Shown: positions 28,237-39,265 of the stretch, in pieces
Layout of the letters: every line of letters starts with the position of its first letter
How positions within the stretch are numbered: position 1 is the stretch's first letter
Source of the DNA: an uncultured Halanaerobiales bacterium
GTDB lineage: Bacteria > Bacillota > Halanaerobiia > Halanaerobiales > M55B127
Assembly: GCA_913055675.1 (NCBI GenBank)
Contig: CAJXKY010000009.1
Location: 47-64,046, forward strand
Direction of reading: 5' to 3'
Length of the DNA: 64,000 nt
Made by a program: the position numbers and the translations under genes
The notes under the pieces: generated by a model
Told to the model about the DNA's origin: nothing
Seen by the model: only the letters and a program-made list of their open reading frames with translations
Database searches by the model: none

Positions 28237-29181
28237 TTAAAGATTATTTCTAAGATGATTCAACACATTTTTAAATAGTTTTTCCTTATTGATTTTTGAT
28301 ATATTATACCATTTGATTGAATCATCTCTTTTAAAAAAGCTTAATTGCCTTTTAGCATACCTGCGAGTGTTTCTTTTAATTAATCTAACAGCTTCTTCCA
28401 GGTCATATTCACCATTGAAGTAATTGAATAATTCTTTATATCCAATTGCTTGCCGAGCAGTAGATTTATCGTCGAGTTCATAATTAATAAAAATATATTT
28501 AGCCTCTTCGATTAAACCTTCTTCAATCATTAAATCAACTCTTTTGTTAATTCTATCATATAATTCTTTCCTATCTCTAGTCAAGCCAATTTTAATTGCT
28601 TGCTGTCTAGGTGGTGCTTCTTTTTGTTTTTTCTTATAATAGGTTTTTGTATGACCGGTTAATTTATATATTTCAATTCCCCTAATAACTCTTCTTACAT
28701 CATTAGGATGTAATTTGTCTGCTAACTTAGGATCAATATCCTTTAATTTGTCATGGACATATTCATTTCCATTTTTTTTAGCTTCTTTTCTTAATTTTTC
28801 CCTCAATTCTTCATCAGGTTCCATATCAGGTAGGGAAAATCCTTCTAAAACTGCTTTTATATATAATCCAGTGCCACCTACGATAAGAGGTAATTTGTTT
28901 TTTTGAAAGATATTTTCAATAATAGGATCTACATCATCTTGATAATCAGCAACTGAATAATCTTTTTCTGGGGTGATAATATCTATTTGATGGTGGTGGA
29001 CTTTGTTTTGTATTTCTTCAGAGACTTTAGCTGTTCCAATATCCATATTTTTATAGATTTGCATTGAATCTGCTGAAATAATTTCTGCATCAAATTCATC
29101 AGCTATTTTTAAAGAAAGTTCTGTTTTGCCTGCTGCAGTTGGACCAACAACTGCTATTACTTTATCATATTTATCAACCAT
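28237..29181 (-). CDS. miaA: tRNA dimethylallyltransferase
   Basis: GPTAAGKT, DSMQIY, DIGTAK, VGGTGLY and TRRYAKRQ motifs. Confidence 0.97.
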   Translation of the reverse strand: MVDKYDKVIAVVGPTAAGKTELSLKIADEFDAEIISADSMQIYKNMDIGTAKVSEEIQNKVHHHQIDIITPEKDYSVADYQDDVDPIIENIFQKNKLPLIVGGTGLYIKAVLEGFSLPDMEPDEELREKLRKEAKKNGNEYVHDKLKDIDPKLADKLHPNDVRRVIRGIEIYKLTGHTKTYYKKKQKEAPPRQQAIKIGLTRDRKELYDRINKRVDLMIEEGLIEEAKYIFINYELDDKSTARQAIGYKELFNYFNGEYDLEEAVRLIKRNTRRYAKRQLSFFKRDDSIKWYNISKINKEKLFKNVLNHLRNNL

Positions 29182-30989
29182 TATCTACCAATCTCCTTAT
29201 CTATTTCGTCCTTAGATAGAATTAGTAATATTGGTCTTCCATGTGGGCATCTATCGTAATTATCAAGTTTAAATAGATTATTTACTATATAAGAAATTTG
29301 GTTATTGGGTAGCTGTTCACCAGCTTTTACAGCACTTCTGCAGGCTACATATTTTAATGCTTCTTCTACTAGTTGCGACTTTTCTACATTTTTGTTTTGG
29401 TTTATAATTTCGTCAATAATGTCCCTTACAATCTGTTTTTGATTTTGATCTTTTAAATAGGTGGGAATTTCATTAACTATTATACTTTTTGGTCCAAACT
29501 GTTCATAATAGATTCCTAGTTTTTCGAAAGTTTCTTGGTTATCCATTATTATATCCATTTCAGTATTACTTAGTTCAATATTAACTGGAGTTATTAAAGA
29601 CTGGGTATTTATAGTTTTATTATCATTATATTTTTCTAGAATTTCATTAAATATAATTTTTTCATGTGCATTGTGTTGGTCTATTAAATAAAGACCTTCA
29701 TCTGATTCAATTATTATATAGGTATTATAGAGTTGACCAAATATTTTAGTTATTTTAAAATCAAATTCTAAATCAAGGTCAATTTCATCTCGTTTGTTAT
29801 TATAGTTTTTTATATAAGTTCGAGCCCTTTGATTATTATAGTTATTTGAACTTTTTTCTTTAAATAGTTGTTCTTTTTTATATTCTTTTTTCTTTGAATC
29901 ATTTTTATTAAATGAAGAATCTGTACTTTGTTTATGATCTGTCTTAACTTGATGATTATTATTATCGTTTTGACCTTTAAAACTGATATTTTTAACTGTA
30001 TTAATTGAATTCAATTTTGTTTTTACAGCTTTTTCAATAACTTCCATTATAGTTTGGTAACGACTAAACTTAACTCTGCGTTTAGTAGGATGTACATTTA
30101 CATCGACCAAGATAGGATTTAGGTCAATAAATATAAAGGCAATTGGATTTTTGCCCTTATCAAGGTACCCTTTATACCCGTTTTCAACGGCTTTGGATAA
30201 TAGATTGCTTTCAACCGAACGTCCGTTTGCATAAAAGTATTGATGAATACGAGAAGATCGGTTAAAAGATGGATGTCCTATATATCCTTGAATTTTAACG
30301 AATTTTTCTTCATGTTCGACATATAATAGGTTATCGGTCATTTCTTTTCCAAAGACACTATAAATAGTATCTTTTACTTTACCATTACCGGGAGTATCCA
30401 ATAGTTTTTTGCCATCATGGTAAAATTTAAAGTTAATACCGGGGAAAGAAATAACTTCTTTATTTAATATATTACTGATATGTCTAAATTCAGTTCGAGT
30501 TGTTTTCATATATTTATAACGAGCTGGTGTATTGAAAAAGATATCTGTGACTGTAATATTGGTTCCAACTGGAGATCCAACTGTAGTGTTTTCTTTGATT
30601 TCTCCACCTTCAATTACTAGTTTTTTGCCTTTCATTTCATCTTGATGCCTTGTTATTACTTCAACCTTTGAGATAGATGAAATTGAAGCAAGTGCTTCAC
30701 CTCTGAAACCCAATGAAGATAGTGAAAAAAGGTCATCAGCATCCTCGATTTTACTGGTGGCATAGCGGGAAAAAGCAAGTTTAACTTGATCGGGTTTGAT
30801 ACCGGTCCCATCATCACTAACTTGAATTTTTTCTTTACCACCGTCTTTAATTTTTATAGTTATATTTTCACTGTCAGCATCGATTGCATTTTCAACCAAT
30901 TCCTTAACAATAGAGGCAGGTCTTTCAATAACTTCCCCTGCCGAAATCTGGTTGGCAACTGTTTCTGGTAACTGTATTATATCATTCAT
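29181..30989 (-). CDS. mutL: DNA mismatch repair endonuclease MutL
   Basis: AGEVIERP, GFRGEAL, DVNVHP, DQH..HE, ACR and CPHGRP motifs. Confidence 0.97.
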   Translation of the reverse strand: MNDIIQLPETVANQISAGEVIERPASIVKELVENAIDADSENITIKIKDGGKEKIQVSDDGTGIKPDQVKLAFSRYATSKIEDADDLFSLSSLGFRGEALASISSISKVEVITRHQDEMKGKKLVIEGGEIKENTTVGSPVGTNITVTDIFFNTPARYKYMKTTRTEFRHISNILNKEVISFPGINFKFYHDGKKLLDTPGNGKVKDTIYSVFGKEMTDNLLYVEHEEKFVKIQGYIGHPSFNRSSRIHQYFYANGRSVESNLLSKAVENGYKGYLDKGKNPIAFIFIDLNPILVDVNVHPTKRRVKFSRYQTIMEVIEKAVKTKLNSINTVKNISFKGQNDNNNHQVKTDHKQSTDSSFNKNDSKKKEYKKEQLFKEKSSNNYNNQRARTYIKNYNNKRDEIDLDLEFDFKITKIFGQLYNTYIIIESDEGLYLIDQHNAHEKIIFNEILEKYNDNKTINTQSLITPVNIELSNTEMDIIMDNQETFEKLGIYYEQFGPKSIIVNEIPTYLKDQNQKQIVRDIIDEIINQNKNVEKSQLVEEALKYVACRSAVKAGEQLPNNQISYIVNNLFKLDNYDRCPHGRPILLILSKDEIDKEIGR

Positions 30990-30990
30990 A

Positions 30991-33600
30991 TTAATCTTCC
31001 TCTTTTAGGTCTTTTTTAATTTCATAAAGAAAGTTCATTGCTTCCATCGGAGTAACATCCATAATATCAAAGTCTTTAACTTTTTTCTCTAATTCACTTT
31101 CTGTTTTAAATAATTCAAGTTGTTCTTTTTGTTTTTGAATTTCTTTTCTTTCTTTTTTATTATAAGTCATTTTTTCTTGATTGTTTTGGGCTTCTAATTT
31201 CTTTAAAAGCCGTTCCGCATTAATGATTATTTCTTGCGGAATACCGGCTAACCTAGCTACTTCAATTCCATAGCTTTGGTTTGCTTGTCCAGGAACGATT
31301 TTATATAGAAAATGGACTCCTTTTTCATCTTCTTCTACAAGAACATTATAGTTTTTGATACCCTCATGTTTTTCTTCAAGTTCAGTTAATTCATGGTAAT
31401 GAGTTGCAAAAAGGGTTCTAGCACCGATCTTTTCTGGATCATTAATATATTCGGTTACCGCCCAGGCAATACTAACTCCATCATAAGTAGAAGTACCTCT
31501 ACCTACTTCATCTAGTATGATCAAACTTTTTTCGGTAGCATTATTGACTATATTAGAAACTTCATTCATTTCCACCATGAAAGTACTTTGACCGGTTGTA
31601 AGGTCATCACTAGCACCGACGCGAGTGAATATTCTATCGACAAGACCTACAGAAGCCCTTTTAGCGGGAATGAAACTACCGATTTGGGCTAACAGTATAG
31701 TAAGGGCAACTTGCCTCATATAGGTCGATTTACCGGACATATTTGGACCTGTAATAATTAAAAAGCGGTTTTCTTTATTGTCTAAGAAGGTATCATTGGG
31801 CACAAAGTTATCAGTGACCATTTTTTCAACTACCGGATGACGACCATTTATTATTTCAATTTTGTTTGAATTATTAATTTCTGGTTTACAATAATTGTTT
31901 TCAATAGCAACTATTCCTAAGGATAATATTACATCTATTTTACTTATGATTGTTGCAGTTTCTTTTATTCGATTAATATTTTCTGAAATTTCTTCTCTAA
32001 TTTCCACAAAAAGATCATATTCTAAATCATTTATCTTTTCTTCAGCACCTAGTACCTTTGCTTCTTTTTCTTTAAGTTCAGGCGTAATATATCTTTCACT
32101 ATTAGTAAGGGTTTGTTTTCTTTCATAATCATCGGGTACTTTATCTAAGTTGGCATTTGTAACTTCAATATAGTATCCGAAAACTTTATTAAAACCAACT
32201 TTTAGAGAAGAAATACTTGTTCTTTTACGTTCTTCTTTTTGTAAATTTGTGATCCAATCTTTGCCTTCATCTCTTAGAGATCTTAATTCATCAAGTTCTT
32301 CATTATAGCCTTCTTTAATTAAATTACCTTCCCGAACGGTAACCGGTGGTTCGTCCACAATAGACTTTTTAATTAGTTCATACAAATCATCTAAAGTATC
32401 AAAGCTTTGGTGTAGATCATTTAAATAACTAACTTCAAAATCTTCAATACTCTTTTTGATATCAGGTAGTTTGTTTAAAGAAGTCCTGAGGAAGGCTAGA
32501 TCTCTAGCATTTGCAGTTTCATATGTAATTTTGCTTAATATTCTTTCTAAATCATAAATTTCTTCTAAATTTTCTTGTATTTCCTGCATTTTCATATAGT
32601 TGTCGCTTAATTCATCTACAGCATTTAGTCTTTGATTTATTCTATCCTTTTCAATTAAAGGCTGATTTATCCAGCGCTTAATTAATCTTGAACCCATCGC
32701 AGTAGTAGTTTTATCGATTATACTTAATAGACTACCTTCTTTTTTGTTCTCCCTTATTGTGGTAGTAAGTTCAAGATTTCTACGGGTAGAATAATCGAGA
32801 ACCATGTAATCATCAATATTATATCTTTTTAATTTATTGATATGAAAAATAGTTCTTTTTTGTGTATCTTTTAAAAAGTTCATTACCTGACCAGCGGCAA
32901 TAACACCAGCACGGTAGTCATCACAGCCAAAACCAGAAAGAGATTGTGTATTAAAGTGATCAATTAAGGTTTTATAAGCTTTTTCATAGCTCATTTTTTC
33001 TTTGTTTTTAACAACAAAATCTAATTTATTAGCTAGATATTCATATTTATCTGATTTTTCCAGCGTTTTATCAAAAATAACTTCACTAGGTTTTATGCGA
33101 TCTATTTCATCCCAGACTTTTCCCTTTTTTTCAATATCAATTTCAGTAATAAAGAAATCTCCTGTAGAAATATCTACATATGAAATGCCTATTTTTTCTT
33201 CGAATTTTACTACAGAAGTCAGAAAGTTATTTTCTGAAGAGTCTAAGATTTCATTTTCTATTATAGTTCCAGGAGTTATAACCCGGATTACATCTCTTTT
33301 GACGAGCCCACTGGCTTCACTAGGGTCTTCTAGTTGTTCACAGATTGCAACACTGAAGTCTAAATCAATCAATTCTGCTATATATGATTCAGCCGAATGA
33401 GCCGGTACACCGGCCATTGGTGTTTTTTCACCAGAACCTTTATTACGCGAGGTTAAGGCAATATCTAAATTTTTTGCTGCTACTTTAGCATCATCTTCAA
33501 ACATTTCATAAAAATCACCCATTCTAAAAAACAGAATTGAATCAGGATAGTTATCTTTTATTTTATGGTACTGCTGCATCATTGGAGTTAATTTAGCCAA
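30991..33600 (-). CDS. mutS: DNA mismatch repair protein MutS
   Basis: TPMMQQY, GDFYEMF, TGPNMSGKST, DEVGRGTS and FATHYHEL motifs; TTG start. Confidence 0.98.
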   Translation of the reverse strand: MAKLTPMMQQYHKIKDNYPDSILFFRMGDFYEMFEDDAKVAAKNLDIALTSRNKGSGEKTPMAGVPAHSAESYIAELIDLDFSVAICEQLEDPSEASGLVKRDVIRVITPGTIIENEILDSSENNFLTSVVKFEEKIGISYVDISTGDFFITEIDIEKKGKVWDEIDRIKPSEVIFDKTLEKSDKYEYLANKLDFVVKNKEKMSYEKAYKTLIDHFNTQSLSGFGCDDYRAGVIAAGQVMNFLKDTQKRTIFHINKLKRYNIDDYMVLDYSTRRNLELTTTIRENKKEGSLLSIIDKTTTAMGSRLIKRWINQPLIEKDRINQRLNAVDELSDNYMKMQEIQENLEEIYDLERILSKITYETANARDLAFLRTSLNKLPDIKKSIEDFEVSYLNDLHQSFDTLDDLYELIKKSIVDEPPVTVREGNLIKEGYNEELDELRSLRDEGKDWITNLQKEERKRTSISSLKVGFNKVFGYYIEVTNANLDKVPDDYERKQTLTNSERYITPELKEKEAKVLGAEEKINDLEYDLFVEIREEISENINRIKETATIISKIDVILSLGIVAIENNYCKPEINNSNKIEIINGRHPVVEKMVTDNFVPNDTFLDNKENRFLIITGPNMSGKSTYMRQVALTILLAQIGSFIPAKRASVGLVDRIFTRVGASDDLTTGQSTFMVEMNEVSNIVNNATEKSLIILDEVGRGTSTYDGVSIAWAVTEYINDPEKIGARTLFATHYHELTELEEKHEGIKNYNVLVEEDEKGVHFLYKIVPGQANQSYGIEVARLAGIPQEIIINAERLLKKLEAQNNQEKMTYNKKERKEIQKQKEQLELFKTESELEKKVKDFDIMDVTPMEAMNFLYEIKKDLKEED

Positions 33601-33677
33601 ATTACCACCTCATCTATATTAAATATACTTTTTATATACTAAATAATATTATAGCATAAGTTATATTTCTAATAAAG

Positions 33678-33708
33678 AAAACCCGAAAGATTAAATCTTT
33701 CAGGTTTT
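33678..33708 (-). terminator. Terminator after miaB
   Basis: AAAACCCGAAAGA-TTAAA-TCTTTCAGGTTTT hairpin overlapping the stop codon. Confidence 0.6.
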
Positions 33709-35031
33709 AACAACTTCACCATATAAGGTCCAGCTCTTTGCATTATTTATTTTTACTTTGACAACTTTTCCTATTAAACCAGGTTTTCTTGGGAAAATCA
33801 CCAGTTTGTTTGTGCGGGAACGCCCCATAAATGTTTCAGGATTTGTTTTGCTTTCCCCTTCAACAAGTACTTCTAGAGTCTTCCCTTCTAATTTTTCGTT
33901 TTCTTCCATACTTATCTTATTTTGAACATCCATTAGTTTTTGAAGACGTTTATCTTTAACATCTTCTTCTATTTGACCCTCTTTTTTAGCAGCCGGAGTT
34001 CCACTGCGCTTTGAATATTTAAAAGTAAAGGCCATATCAAATCTTGCTTTTCTAACTACATCAAGGGTTTCCTGAAAATCTTTATCAGTTTCTCCGGGAA
34101 AACCCACTATGATATCGGTTGTTATCGAATTATATGGTACATGTTTATTAATTAGATCTATTAATTTAAGGTATTCTTCTTTTGTATAACCTCTATTCAT
34201 CTCATAAAGCATCTCATCACTACCGGATTGAATTGGTAAATGGAAGTGTTCACATAATTTTTCACTTTCAGCAATAGTTTTAATAGTCTTCTCATTAAAG
34301 TCACGAGGATGAGAAGTCATATATCTAATTCTTTTTAAACCATCAAGTTGGTCTAGTTCAGTTAATAAATCAGCAAAGTCATAGTCTTCTTCTAAGTCCT
34401 GAGCATAAGAATTAACATTTTGTCCCAGTAAAGTTATTTCAACTACTCCATCTTTAACTAACTTTTTAACTTCTTTGATAACTTTATCCTTAGGTCTACT
34501 TCTTTCATGTCCCCTTACGTACGGAACAATACAGTAGCTACAGTAATTATCACAACCTTGCATAATAGTAACCCAGGCCTGGAAATCACTTTTTCTAACT
34601 GAAGGTAAATCTGGAATTAATCCTTTTTCTTGCTCCCATACCGAAATTATTCTTTCATCATTTTCTTCAATTTCGTTGATTAATTCTGGTAATTTGTGTA
34701 GGTTGTGAGTTCCAATAACAAGATCTACATGTTGGAATTTTTCTTTTATTTTTTCTACAGGTTCTTCAACCTGCATCATACAACCTCCGATCCCTATAAT
34801 CAGATCGGGATTTTCTCTTTTTAATCTTTTTAAAGAACCAACCTTACCAAAGACCTTAAGTTCGGCATTTTCTCTTATCGTACATGTATTTAAAAATATC
34901 AAATCAGCTTCTTCTAATTCATCAGTTGAACTATATCCCATTTCCTCTAACATACCGGCAATTTTCTCAGAGTCGTGTTCATTCATCTGACAGCCGTATG
35001 TTTTTATATAATAGTTTTTATCAACACTCAT
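33700..35031 (-). CDS. miaB: tRNA-2-methylthio-N6-dimethylallyladenosine synthase
   Basis: TYGCQMNEHDSE, radical SAM CDNYCSYC and C-terminal TRAM domain. Confidence 0.96.
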   Translation of the reverse strand: MSVDKNYYIKTYGCQMNEHDSEKIAGMLEEMGYSSTDELEEADLIFLNTCTIRENAELKVFGKVGSLKRLKRENPDLIIGIGGCMMQVEEPVEKIKEKFQHVDLVIGTHNLHKLPELINEIEENDERIISVWEQEKGLIPDLPSVRKSDFQAWVTIMQGCDNYCSYCIVPYVRGHERSRPKDKVIKEVKKLVKDGVVEITLLGQNVNSYAQDLEEDYDFADLLTELDQLDGLKRIRYMTSHPRDFNEKTIKTIAESEKLCEHFHLPIQSGSDEMLYEMNRGYTKEEYLKLIDLINKHVPYNSITTDIIVGFPGETDKDFQETLDVVRKARFDMAFTFKYSKRSGTPAAKKEGQIEEDVKDKRLQKLMDVQNKISMEENEKLEGKTLEVLVEGESKTNPETFMGRSRTNKLVIFPRKPGLIGKVVKVKINNAKSWTLYGEVVKT

Positions 35032-35149
35032 AATTGATTCTCCTTAAGTTAATAATATTTATCAAGCCTAATAAATATTATAACACAGGAGAATTGGTTT
35101 TTAAATATAAATCCCCAAAATATCTTAGTTAAGTACTAAAGATTATGTA

Positions 35150-35944
35150 TTATTGAAATATACTTAAAAATAAGGGTATAACAAAATGTAAGGCTATATC
35201 AGCAAAATAATGAGATACCATTGCATTTTCTAATCCCTTTTTATAATATAGCCAACCGAAGAATATGCCCGGTAAAGCATTTAAAAGTACTGTTCTGAAA
35301 ACTAATAATGGAGTTAAAGTTGTAATAGCACTTAATGCAGGTAAATGACCGATTCCAAATAAGAGAGCGGATAAAATAATTGCAATCCAGATTATAGTCT
35401 TGTTTTCCTTTACTTCTTCCTTTCTAAATTTAGCAATTATCCATGTTAAAACCCATGCATAGAATGTTAAAGAAAATAAGCGCATCAGTACTTCTTCAAA
35501 GATCCCACCATAAAAGGCAGCTAGGATTGATTTCCACCATACAAACTGATAACCAGAAGTTGCAATTGAAGTAGAAAATTCTTCTAGAAAGGGTGCGAAA
35601 AGTAAGTCAGTGGCATAAATAATAACACCAAATAATATCCCCATCAAGGGAGCAAATTTAACTAGAGATTTAATTTTAACTTCAGGTAATTTTTTTCCTG
35701 TAGTATAAGCTCTTAATATTGGAACATCAAGATTGATTTTTTTACCTAAAAGTAGTCCAATATATATTGCGAAAGTAGCTATTAAACCATTAGCTCCTAT
35801 ATATCTAAAAAACAGATTAAAAGTTATTTGATCTCCTTGTAATCCTGCTATATAGGGTAATCCTAGGATTAAGGCTATTATGGTTATTAATAACAAAACT
35901 CCATATAATTTCCAGTTTATTGAACTTTTTAATTTTTTTAACAT
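35150..35944 (-). CDS. CPBP (CAAX protease/Abi) intramembrane metalloprotease
   Basis: EEVLMR, FGIGH and H (MVSHY) motifs; ATG 35944 after GGAGG. Confidence 0.88.
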   Translation of the reverse strand: MLKKLKSSINWKLYGVLLLITIIALILGLPYIAGLQGDQITFNLFFRYIGANGLIATFAIYIGLLLGKKINLDVPILRAYTTGKKLPEVKIKSLVKFAPLMGILFGVIIYATDLLFAPFLEEFSTSIATSGYQFVWWKSILAAFYGGIFEEVLMRLFSLTFYAWVLTWIIAKFRKEEVKENKTIIWIAIILSALLFGIGHLPALSAITTLTPLLVFRTVLLNALPGIFFGWLYYKKGLENAMVSHYFADIALHFVIPLFLSIFQ

Positions 35945-36017
35945 ATGTATTGCCTCCAATTAATTTATGATTAATCATAAAATTTAGTACAATTAGTATA
36001 ACAATAATTCAATTTAA

Positions 36018-36782
36018 TTAGAATCCCATTTCCAAAAGCCATTTTGAAAGTTCTGATTCTCTCTTTTTAATATTATTCTTATTTTTATCAAACTTACTTA
36101 GTTTATACTCTCCTTTAATAATGCCATCTAACATAAAGATTACTCTCTCTGATTGAGAAGCAACTTTTATATCATGTGTTACTAACATTATAGTTGTTCC
36201 CTCTTCATTAATTGAATGTAAAATATCCATAATATTAGAAGCAGCTTTCGAGTTTAAGGCCCCAGTAGGTTCATCACCAAATAATATGATAGGATCATTG
36301 ATCAAAGCCCTACAGATAGCTGTTCTTTGTAATTGTCCTCCCGAAACCTGGGTAATATCATTATGTGCTAAATCAAATATACCGGTTTTTTTCATTAAAT
36401 CTTCTGCTTTTTTATTTATTGCTTCTTTTGGGCTATTTTTAGCTATATAGGCTGATAATATTATGTTATCTATAATACCTAAATTTTTTAACAAATTATT
36501 TTGTTGAAAAACAAATCCCATCTTATTTAACCTAATTTCTGATTGTTTACTTTCCGATAATTCATTTAACTGGATACCATCAAAAACCACTTCACCTTCT
36601 GACATTTTGTCCATTCCACTTATATTATATAATAAAGTGCTTTTACCGGAGCCGGATGGCCCCATAACCGAAACAAATTCTCCTTCATTAATAGTTAAAT
36701 TGACATTTTTTAGTATTTCTTTTTCTATATTATTTACAGTATATTTTTTACATAAATTATTTGCTTGTAATATTTCATTCAT
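36018..36782 (-). CDS. ABC transporter ATP-binding protein (LolD/MacB-like)
   Basis: GPSGSGKST, VSGGQ, DEPTGAL and VTHD motifs. Confidence 0.93.
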   Translation of the reverse strand: MNEILQANNLCKKYTVNNIEKEILKNVNLTINEGEFVSVMGPSGSGKSTLLYNISGMDKMSEGEVVFDGIQLNELSESKQSEIRLNKMGFVFQQNNLLKNLGIIDNIILSAYIAKNSPKEAINKKAEDLMKKTGIFDLAHNDITQVSGGQLQRTAICRALINDPIILFGDEPTGALNSKAASNIMDILHSINEEGTTIMLVTHDIKVASQSERVIFMLDGIIKGEYKLSKFDKNKNNIKKRESELSKWLLEMGF

Positions 36783-36800
36783 AATCTTAAATTCCTCCTT

Positions 36801-39131
36801 TTATTCAACATTAATATCTTCTATATTATAGTCTTCTATAGAATTAATACTTAATAAAGTTGTTACTGTAACAATTAAGATCAAAAATATTGGACTTAAA
36901 ATATATGCTTGAAGCGGATTAATAATGAATTGGATATTTTTTGCACCTAAGACTGATAGTAATAAACTTAATAAACCTTCTCCTAATGTGTTTGATAGGA
37001 TAGTACCCACAATAATACCAAGATTTAAAATAAATAGAGCTTTAGTTATATACTGAATTTTTATATCTCTTAAAGGGATACCTATGCTTTTCATAACAGC
37101 AATTTGAGACATATCTTTTGCTGTTAGCATTTTTAAGAAGAGTAATGTGATAAGTATAGTGATAAATATAGCTATTAGAATAGCAGTGATAGTTAATAAT
37201 TGCAACTGTTCTATAATATTTGAAACTGTTTGGTTAATATACCCTTCAATATCAGTAACCTTTATATTATCAAAAGTTGAATTATACTCATTAACTTTAT
37301 CAGGTATATTGGAATCCACATTGAAATTGATGTTATACCAAACTGCTTTATCATAATCAGGATTAATATTAGCTTTGGCAGTTTTACCTCCATTTGTAAT
37401 ATCCTGATATATTCCTGACAGTATCAAATTTTGTTTCTTGCCATTTGCAATAAGTACTATAGAATCTCCTACATTCTTTTCTAGTTCATTTGCGCTTAAA
37501 TAAGAAAGAGCCATTTCATTCTTTTCGGAAGGTGCTTTACCATTCACATAATCTATCGGAAAAATGTCAAAGTTTCCGGTTGTTACAAAAAGACTTTCCG
37601 CTGTGCCTTCCTGGTTTATAATTTCATATTTACCGGTAATATATGGGGCATATTTAGTAACATCTGGATCATTTTTAAGATAGGCAATTATATTTTCAAA
37701 TTGCTTTTGCATTTGTTGTGTATTTCTTAAATCAAGAATTATATCGCTTTTCCCTACTCCCATATATTTAATAAATTCAGGAGATTGAATTGTGTTAAGG
37801 AAATTTAAGGGAACGATAATTATAAAAGTACATAAGATAAAGACCAAAAATAATATAATATATGTCTTAAATCTCAAAACCACATCTCTTAAGCCTAAGA
37901 ATATATTTGAGTTGATGGTTTTATTTTTATAAAGAGCTAATTTATCATTATTTGAATAAATACCACCCGAACTACCCATTCTAATTGCTTCAACAGCTGA
38001 AACCTTTTTAAATCTTTTTAAAACAAATAAAGAAAACAAGATAACTATTAAAGCAATTAAAAATGAAGCTGCCGAAGGTAACAATAATTCAAAATAAGAT
38101 AAAGGGGTTTTTCCTATATATAGCATAATATTATCCATAAAGAGACTGTTAACAAATAGCGATAATAAATAACCTGTAAAAGCAGCTGTAATTGCTAAGA
38201 TAAAATATTTGGATAAGTATATATTTCTTATTTTTGATGGTGATATACCAATTGCCTTCATAACTCCAATTTCTCGATAATCTTCTTCAAGAGTTAATAA
38301 AATTATAAACCTTAAACATAATAAAGAAATTACGCATAATAAAATGCTTATTAAAATAATTACTGCTGCGATTAGACCATCTGTTAAGCTATTCATTAAT
38401 CTAAGGATTTGAATATCTATCGTAGGTCCCTTTTGTGGTAAATTAGATTGACTGTATTGGTTTCTAAATTCCTTCAAAGTATTTATATCTTTTAACTGAA
38501 AGGAAATTAGATATTCAGAATCTCCAAAATTATCTTTTAAAGTATTAAAATCAGTAGTATTGACAACAAATCTTTTTGAACTAATTATAGAGGGATTCAT
38601 TTGTACATCCCTTACAAAATCTGTAATAATAAAAGAAATTTCATTATTGTTATTTTGGATTCTTATAGTATCTCCAATTTTTAAATCTTTATTTTGCATA
38701 TAATGAATTGGAACTGCAATTTCTCCCTTTGTTACTTTTATTATGTTATTATCTAAATTTAAAAGATAATCAAATTCTTTACTCTGTTTTACAAAACCAT
38801 TATCTATGATACTGTGTTTTTCTGAAAGATTACTATTTATGTATAAATTAGAACCTGAAATATTAATCATCTCAATGGTCTGTCTACTTTTTATAAGATT
38901 GTTTTTTGTACTCCATTCATCAATAATATCTTGGTTAAAATCACCGGTATGTGATTGGGTAAAATGAGGTGCAGAAGCTTTTTCAAATATGTAATCTAGT
39001 GAATTCAACAAATTTATTATCATATTAGTTCCACTTGCCATTAACATAGCTGAAAGCATTATAAAAATAAAAACAGCAATTGTAATAATCTTTTTTCGTA
39101 ATAAATCTCTTTTTAATATTTTAAATATCAT
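36801..39131 (-). CDS. ABC transporter permease (duplicated FtsX/MacB-type)
   Basis: Two repeats of TM-extracytoplasmic domain-TMs, with EIGVMKAIG and IAVMKSIG motifs. Confidence 0.88.
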   Translation of the reverse strand: MIFKILKRDLLRKKIITIAVFIFIMLSAMLMASGTNMIINLLNSLDYIFEKASAPHFTQSHTGDFNQDIIDEWSTKNNLIKSRQTIEMINISGSNLYINSNLSEKHSIIDNGFVKQSKEFDYLLNLDNNIIKVTKGEIAVPIHYMQNKDLKIGDTIRIQNNNNEISFIITDFVRDVQMNPSIISSKRFVVNTTDFNTLKDNFGDSEYLISFQLKDINTLKEFRNQYSQSNLPQKGPTIDIQILRLMNSLTDGLIAAVIILISILLCVISLLCLRFIILLTLEEDYREIGVMKAIGISPSKIRNIYLSKYFILAITAAFTGYLLSLFVNSLFMDNIMLYIGKTPLSYFELLLPSAASFLIALIVILFSLFVLKRFKKVSAVEAIRMGSSGGIYSNNDKLALYKNKTINSNIFLGLRDVVLRFKTYIILFLVFILCTFIIIVPLNFLNTIQSPEFIKYMGVGKSDIILDLRNTQQMQKQFENIIAYLKNDPDVTKYAPYITGKYEIINQEGTAESLFVTTGNFDIFPIDYVNGKAPSEKNEMALSYLSANELEKNVGDSIVLIANGKKQNLILSGIYQDITNGGKTAKANINPDYDKAVWYNINFNVDSNIPDKVNEYNSTFDNIKVTDIEGYINQTVSNIIEQLQLLTITAILIAIFITILITLLFLKMLTAKDMSQIAVMKSIGIPLRDIKIQYITKALFILNLGIIVGTILSNTLGEGLLSLLLSVLGAKNIQFIINPLQAYILSPIFLILIVTVTTLLSINSIEDYNIEDINVE

Positions 39132-39265
39132 CGGTTCTCTCCTCTTCTTAGTTTACAAATATATAAGCAATAAATAGGGCTATATATTAATTAATATTAT
39201 TTATGTAAATTATTTGAAATAGTTCTTAATAATTAAGCATCAGCTGACTTTTTCCTTTATTTATA

